Source of the DNA: Flavobacteriaceae bacterium
GTDB taxonomy: Bacteria; Bacteroidota; Bacteroidia; Flavobacteriales; Flavobacteriaceae
DNA: 42,522 nucleotides
Direction of reading: 5' to 3'
Assembly: GCA_947443815.1 (NCBI GenBank)
Contig: CANEXR010000001.1
Coordinates: 1 to 42,522, forward strand
The notes beneath the pieces are model-generated. The model was not told the DNA's origin and made no database searches. It was given only the letters and a program-made list of their open reading frames with translations. A program made the translations under genes and the position numbers. Below are positions 37,888 to 42,522 of this stretch, in pieces (position 1 is the first letter of the stretch; every line of letters starts with the position of its first letter).

Positions 37888-38745
37888 ATGAGTACTTTAA
37901 AAATTGCCATTCAAAAATCAGGACGTTTAAACGAAGACAGCATTCAAATCCTTAAAGATGCTGGAATATCTATTGATAATGGAATAGATCAACTAAAAGC
38001 CGAAGCTTCTAACTTTCCATTAGAAGTTTTGTATTTGCGAAACTCCGATATTCCTCAATATTTGATTGATGGCGTTGTAGATATTGCTATAGTTGGCGAT
38101 AATTTATTAGTAGAAAAAGGAAAAAACATTGAAGTTATCCAAAAATTAGGCTTTTCAAAATGCAAAGTATCTGTTGCTGTACCAAAAGCATTCAATTATA
38201 CTTCTATCAAAGACCTTGAAGGCATGCGTATTGCAACTTCATATCCCAATACAGTACTTGATTTTTTCAATTCTAAAGGGATAACAGTGGATATTCACCA
38301 AATATCTGGCTCTGTAGAAATCGCTCCAAATATTGGTTTAGCCGATGCTATAGTTGATATCGTATCTAGTGGTAGTACATTGTTCAAAAATAATTTGAAA
38401 GAGGTAGAAGTTATTTTCAAAAGCGAAGCTGTTTTAGCAATTTCTCCAAAAGTAAGCCCAGAATCTCAAAAAATAATTGACACTTTAAAATTTAGAATAG
38501 AATCTGTTTTAAGAGCTAGAAAATCAAAATACATTTTGATGAATGTACCCAACGACAAAGTAGAGGCTGTTGGGCAAATTCTTCCCGTATTGCGTAGTTT
38601 AACTGTTTTGCCATTGGCACAAGAAGGTTGGAGTAGTGTGCATTCTGTAATTGACAAAGACACTTTTTGGGAGGTTATTGATAAACTCAAAGAAGCAGGT
38701 GCTGAAGGAATTTTAGTTTGCCCAATTGAGAAAATGGTACTTTAA
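37888..38745 (+). CDS. hisG: ATP phosphoribosyltransferase (long form)
   Basis: AIQKSGRL, IATSYP, GSVEIAP, DIVSSGSTL. Confidence 0.98.
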   Translation: MSTLKIAIQKSGRLNEDSIQILKDAGISIDNGIDQLKAEASNFPLEVLYLRNSDIPQYLIDGVVDIAIVGDNLLVEKGKNIEVIQKLGFSKCKVSVAVPKAFNYTSIKDLEGMRIATSYPNTVLDFFNSKGITVDIHQISGSVEIAPNIGLADAIVDIVSSGSTLFKNNLKEVEVIFKSEAVLAISPKVSPESQKIIDTLKFRIESVLRARKSKYILMNVPNDKVEAVGQILPVLRSLTVLPLAQEGWSSVHSVIDKDTFWEVIDKLKEAGAEGILVCPIEKMVL

Positions 38746-38824
38746 AATTTTAGTTATGAGTCGTCAGTTAAACATTACATGTTTCAACTTTTAATTCATA
38801 ACATTTAACTTATAACCACATAAC

Positions 38825-40108
38825 ATGAACAAAATATACAATCCAAAACCAGAAACTTGGTCTGCAATTTTAGAAAGACCAACAAAGACTGTTGATGATA
38901 TTGAAGCAACAGTAAAAGAAATTTTTAAAGAAGTTCAGAAAAAAGGAGATGCCGCTGTTGCAAAATACACTTCCCTTTTTGACGGTGCTTCCATCGAAAA
39001 TATTGAAGTTTCAAAGGATGAAATAGCATTTGCAATTGCAGCTGTGTCTACTGAATTAAAAGAAGCGATTCAATTAGCAAAAAGCAACATAAAAAAATTC
39101 CATACTGCCCAAAAAACAAATACTGTTGCTGTAGAAACAATTGAAGGTGTGAATTGCTGGCAAGAAAAAAGACCGATTCAAAAAATTGGTTTGTACATTC
39201 CTGGAGGTACAGCACCATTGTTTTCTACTGTTTTAATGCTTGCTGTTCCAGCAGAAATTGCAGGTTGCAACGAAATTGTTTTGTGTTCTCCACCCGATAA
39301 AAATGGAGCTATTAACCCCGCTATTTTATATGCTGCAAATTTATGTGGTGTTACAAAAATTTTGAAAGTCGGCGGAATTCAAGCTATTGCAGGAATGACT
39401 TTTGGAACAGAATCTATCCCAAAAGTGTATAAGATTTTTGGACCTGGAAATCAATTTGTAACTGTTGCTAAGCAATTGGCAACGCAATTTGGAGTAGCAA
39501 TTGATATGCCTGCTGGGCCTTCCGAACTACTAATTGTTGCGGACGATACAGCCATACCAGCATTTGTAGCTTCTGATTTATTGTCGCAAGCGGAACATGG
39601 TGCAGACAGTCAGGTAATTTTAGTTTCGACTTCAAAACAATTGATAGATGCTGTCGAGGAAGAAATTCAAACTCAAATTGTAGCACTTCCAAGAATGGTG
39701 ATTGCTCAAAAGGCCATTGCCAATTCAAAATTAATTTATGTTGAAAATGATACTATTGCCTTAGAATTAATCAATGAATATGGACCAGAACACTTTATAA
39801 TTTGTTCCGAATTTGATGATTTTTATAGTAATGGTGTACATAATGCAGGTTCTGTTTTTATTGGAAATTACACTCCAGAAAGTGCTGGAGATTATGCCTC
39901 GGGAACGAATCATACTTTGCCAACAAATGGATATGCCAAGAATTATAGTGGTGTAAATTTAGATAGTTTCACAAAAGCAATGACTTTTCAAAAAATATCT
40001 GAAAAAGGCATTCAGAACATTGGGAAAGCAATCGAAATTATGGCTGAAGCAGAAGGATTACAAGCTCACAAAAATGCAGTTACGTTGCGATTGAAGCGTT
40101 TAGAATAA
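38825..40108 (+). CDS. hisD: Histidinol dehydrogenase
   Basis: GLYIPGG, GPGNQFV, DMPAGPSE, LSQAEH, PEH, GDYASGTNHTLPT. Confidence 0.98.
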   Translation: MNKIYNPKPETWSAILERPTKTVDDIEATVKEIFKEVQKKGDAAVAKYTSLFDGASIENIEVSKDEIAFAIAAVSTELKEAIQLAKSNIKKFHTAQKTNTVAVETIEGVNCWQEKRPIQKIGLYIPGGTAPLFSTVLMLAVPAEIAGCNEIVLCSPPDKNGAINPAILYAANLCGVTKILKVGGIQAIAGMTFGTESIPKVYKIFGPGNQFVTVAKQLATQFGVAIDMPAGPSELLIVADDTAIPAFVASDLLSQAEHGADSQVILVSTSKQLIDAVEEEIQTQIVALPRMVIAQKAIANSKLIYVENDTIALELINEYGPEHFIICSEFDDFYSNGVHNAGSVFIGNYTPESAGDYASGTNHTLPTNGYAKNYSGVNLDSFTKAMTFQKISEKGIQNIGKAIEIMAEAEGLQAHKNAVTLRLKRLE

Positions 40109-40212
40109 AGGTATAAGAATAAATAAGCAAGAATAAAGAAGTAAGAAAATAGAAGAAATAATAACAAGTTTTTTTCTTGTATCTATCTTTTTCTCTCTAA
40201 AAAAAACAAACA

Positions 40213-41253
40213 ATGAATTTTGACATCAATAATTTAATTAGAGAAAACGTTAAGTCAATGAAGCCCTATTCGTCTGCCAGAGATGAATTTAAGGATTTCG
40301 ATACTGCGAATATGATTTTTTTGGATGCCAATGAAAATCCATTTCAAAATGGTGTAAATCGGTATCCAGATCCACAACAAAGTAGTGTAAAATCGGTTTT
40401 GGCAACTCAAAGAAATGTAAACCCTAATCAAATTTTACTAGGAAACGGAAGTGATGAAGTCTTGGATTTACTTTTTAGAGCTTTTTGTGAGCCGAAAGTA
40501 GATAACATTATTTCATTGCCTCCAACTTACGGAATGTATGGTGTTTTGGCCAATATCAATGCCGTAGAAAATAAAGAGGTACTGCTTTCAACTGATTTTC
40601 AGCCACAGGTCGAGCTAATTTTGGAAACTGTTGACAACAATACTAAAATCATCTTTTTATGTTCGCCAAATAATCCAACAGGAAATTCCTTTTCGGATGA
40701 AAGTGTGCTAAAATTACTGGAGAATTTCAAAGGTTTGATTGTAATTGACGAAGCGTATATTGACTTTTCAGAAAAGAAAAGTTGGTTGGCAAAAATAAAC
40801 GAATATCCAAATTTGGTTATCACACAAACGTTATCAAAAGCGTACGGTTTAGCAGGAATTCGATTGGGAATTTGTTATGGTTCAGCTGAAGTAATTTCGG
40901 TTTTAAACAAAATTAAACCTCCTTATAATGTAAATGAATTGACACAAGTAAGGGCTTTAGAAAGATTGAGAAATCCTGATAAAATAAAATCAGAAATAGC
41001 TTCTATTATTGAACAAAGAGAAAAATTACTTAAAGTATTACTTGATGTTAATTTTGTTGAAAAAAGCTATCCAACAGAAGCTAATTTTATTTTGATAAAA
41101 GTAGATGATGCCAATAAAAGATACGATGAATTAATTGCCAAAGGAATTGTAATTCGAAATAGAACAACACAAGCTTTATGTAAAAATACTTTGCGTTTGA
41201 CTATTGGAACAGAAGAAGAAAATAGGAAGTTGATGGAGGCGTTAACAAAATAA
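40213..41253 (+). CDS. hisC: Histidinol-phosphate aminotransferase
   Basis: LDANENP, NRYPDP, GNGSDE, SPNNPTG, TLSKAYGLAGIRLG. Confidence 0.98.
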   Translation: MNFDINNLIRENVKSMKPYSSARDEFKDFDTANMIFLDANENPFQNGVNRYPDPQQSSVKSVLATQRNVNPNQILLGNGSDEVLDLLFRAFCEPKVDNIISLPPTYGMYGVLANINAVENKEVLLSTDFQPQVELILETVDNNTKIIFLCSPNNPTGNSFSDESVLKLLENFKGLIVIDEAYIDFSEKKSWLAKINEYPNLVITQTLSKAYGLAGIRLGICYGSAEVISVLNKIKPPYNVNELTQVRALERLRNPDKIKSEIASIIEQREKLLKVLLDVNFVEKSYPTEANFILIKVDDANKRYDELIAKGIVIRNRTTQALCKNTLRLTIGTEEENRKLMEALTK

Positions 41254-41266
41254 AACTAAAAAAATA

Positions 41267-41329
41267 AGCCGCAGATTTCATGGATTAAACGGATTTTTTA
41301 AATCTTTTGAATCATTTTAATCTGTGGCT
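41267..41329. repeat. REP-like imperfect palindrome with 9-nt periodic GATT/AATC units
   Basis: agccgcagatt ... aatctgtggct arms; GATT at 41274/41283/41292 and AATC at 41301/41310/41319. Confidence 0.75.
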
Positions 41330-41345
41330 AACAAAAATATTTAAA

Positions 41346-42482
41346 ATGAAAAAAATACTTTTTATAGACCGCGACGGAACCATGGTTTTAGAGCCAAATG
41401 ATTATCAATTGGACAGTTTTGAAAAATTAGAATTTTACCCAAAAGCTTTTCAATATTTAGGGAAAATTGCTGCCGAATTGGATTTTGAATTGGTAATGGT
41501 GACCAATCAAGACGGTTTAGGTACAGATTCACACCCAGACGCTAACTTTTGGCCCGTGCATAATTTGGTAATGAAAGCTTTTGAAAATGAAGGCGTAGTT
41601 TTTAGTGATGTTCTGATTGACAAAACATTTCCACACGAAAACGTACCTACTCGCAAACCAGGAACGGCAATGTTGACAAAATACATCAACAATTCCGAAT
41701 ATGATTTAGCAAATTCATTTGTAATTGGAGATCGAATTACCGATGTAGAATTGGCTAAAAATTTGGGTTCAAAAGCTATTTTCATCAGCACAAATGAAGA
41801 ATTGGGAAGCGATGAGATTTCATCTAAAAGACACGAATTGGATGCCGTTATTGCTTTGCAAACCACAGAATGGAAAACGATTTATGAATTTCTAAAATTA
41901 GAGGAACGTTCCGCGTCTATTACCCGAAAAACCAATGAAACCGATATTTATATCCATTTAAATTTGGATGGAACAGGAAAAAGCAAAATCGAAACAGGAA
42001 TTGCTTTTTTCGACCACATGTTGGATCAAATTGCACGTCATGGGCAGATGGATTTGGAGATTTTGGTAAAAGGTGATTTGGAAGTGGATGAACACCACAC
42101 AATCGAAGACACGGCAATTGCTTTGGGAGAAGTTTTTGCGAAAGCGTTAGGAAATAAATTAGGAATCGAACGTTATGGGTTTTGTTTGCCAATGGATGAT
42201 TGTTTAAGCCAAGTCGCTATTGATTTTGGAGGTAGAAATTGGTTGGTTTGGGAAACCGAATTCAAACGGGAAATGGTGGGCAAAATGCCAACAGAAATGT
42301 TCTATCATTTCTTCAAATCATTTTCAGATGGAGCCAAAGCCAACATCAACATCAAAGCCGAAGGGATCAATGAACACCACAAAATTGAAGCAATTTTTAA
42401 AGCTTTTGCAAAAGCGATAAAAGTAGCCGTAAAGAGAGATACTGAGAAGATGATTTTACCGAGTACGAAAGGAATGCTTTAA
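41346..42482 (+). CDS. hisB: Bifunctional histidinol-phosphatase / imidazoleglycerol-phosphate dehydratase
   Basis: FIDRDGT HAD motif, TNQDG, RKP; [21 protein letters not shown]. Start moved to ATG 41346. Confidence 0.97.
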   Translation: MKKILFIDRDGTMVLEPNDYQLDSFEKLEFYPKAFQYLGKIAAELDFELVMVTNQDGLGTDSHPDANFWPVHNLVMKAFENEGVVFSDVLIDKTFPHENVPTRKPGTAMLTKYINNSEYDLANSFVIGDRITDVELAKNLGSKAIFISTNEELGSDEISSKRHELDAVIALQTTEWKTIYEFLKLEERSASITRKTNETDIYIHLNLDGTGKSKIETGIAFFDHMLDQIARHGQMDLEILVKGDLEVDEHHTIEDTAIALGEVFAKALGNKLGIERYGFCLPMDDCLSQVAIDFGGRNWLVWETEFKREMVGKMPTEMFYHFFKSFSDGAKANINIKAEGINEHHKIEAIFKAFAKAIKVAVKRDTEKMILPSTKGML

Positions 42483-42522
42483 ATTTATAATTTCCTACAA
42501 GTTTTTTTAAACTTTGTGGGTA

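Noticed and set aside
2381-42420. Numerous short antisense or alternate-frame ORFs in the track (for example 2424-2885, 15988-16359, 32176-32712, 37053-37391, 41507-41866)
   Set aside because: They overlap well-supported genes and have no recognisable motifs.
1-42522. CRISPR array, tRNA/rRNA, IS element, prophage, defence island
   Set aside because: No repeat-spacer array, RNA gene signature, transposase or phage gene seen. The PglZ domain belongs to PorX, not to a BREX system.

Overview
AT-rich chromosomal window of a Flavobacteriaceae bacterium, most likely Flavobacterium (Bacteroidetes TAnnTTTG promoters, porX, lpxC-fabZ fusion, T9SS cargo). The housekeeping backbone is mutS2 (partial)/ung, DUF4258-ald-tsaE-porX, HD-lpxD-lpxC/fabZ-lpxA-efp-lpxD2-sucD, fabG-vWA, pckA and hisG-D-C-B. 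It is interrupted by three accessory blocks: (i) six short co-oriented genes between porX and the HD hydrolase; (ii) a compact four-gene operon, YHYH lipoprotein - MORN-repeat lipoprotein - SCO copper chaperone - T9SS-secreted arylsulfotransferase-like protein, which is the best candidate for an uncharacterised, probably copper-dependent envelope system; (iii) LysR/YeiH plus a two-component system with CzcA-TolC heavy-metal efflux. Signals read directly from the DNA and absent from the ORF track are a His-rich leader peptide with terminator/antiterminator upstream of hisG; two diverged copies of a structured repeat with compensatory changes at the edges of blocks i and ii; a promoter-miniORF-terminator leader in front of a degenerate GIY-YIG-like gene; OmpR-type direct-repeat boxes; a LysR box overlapping the lysR stop codon; and periodic REP-like repeats inside the his operon. 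No CRISPR array, rRNA, tRNA, transposase or integrase was seen. All assignments come from motif recognition by eye; no database search was run.
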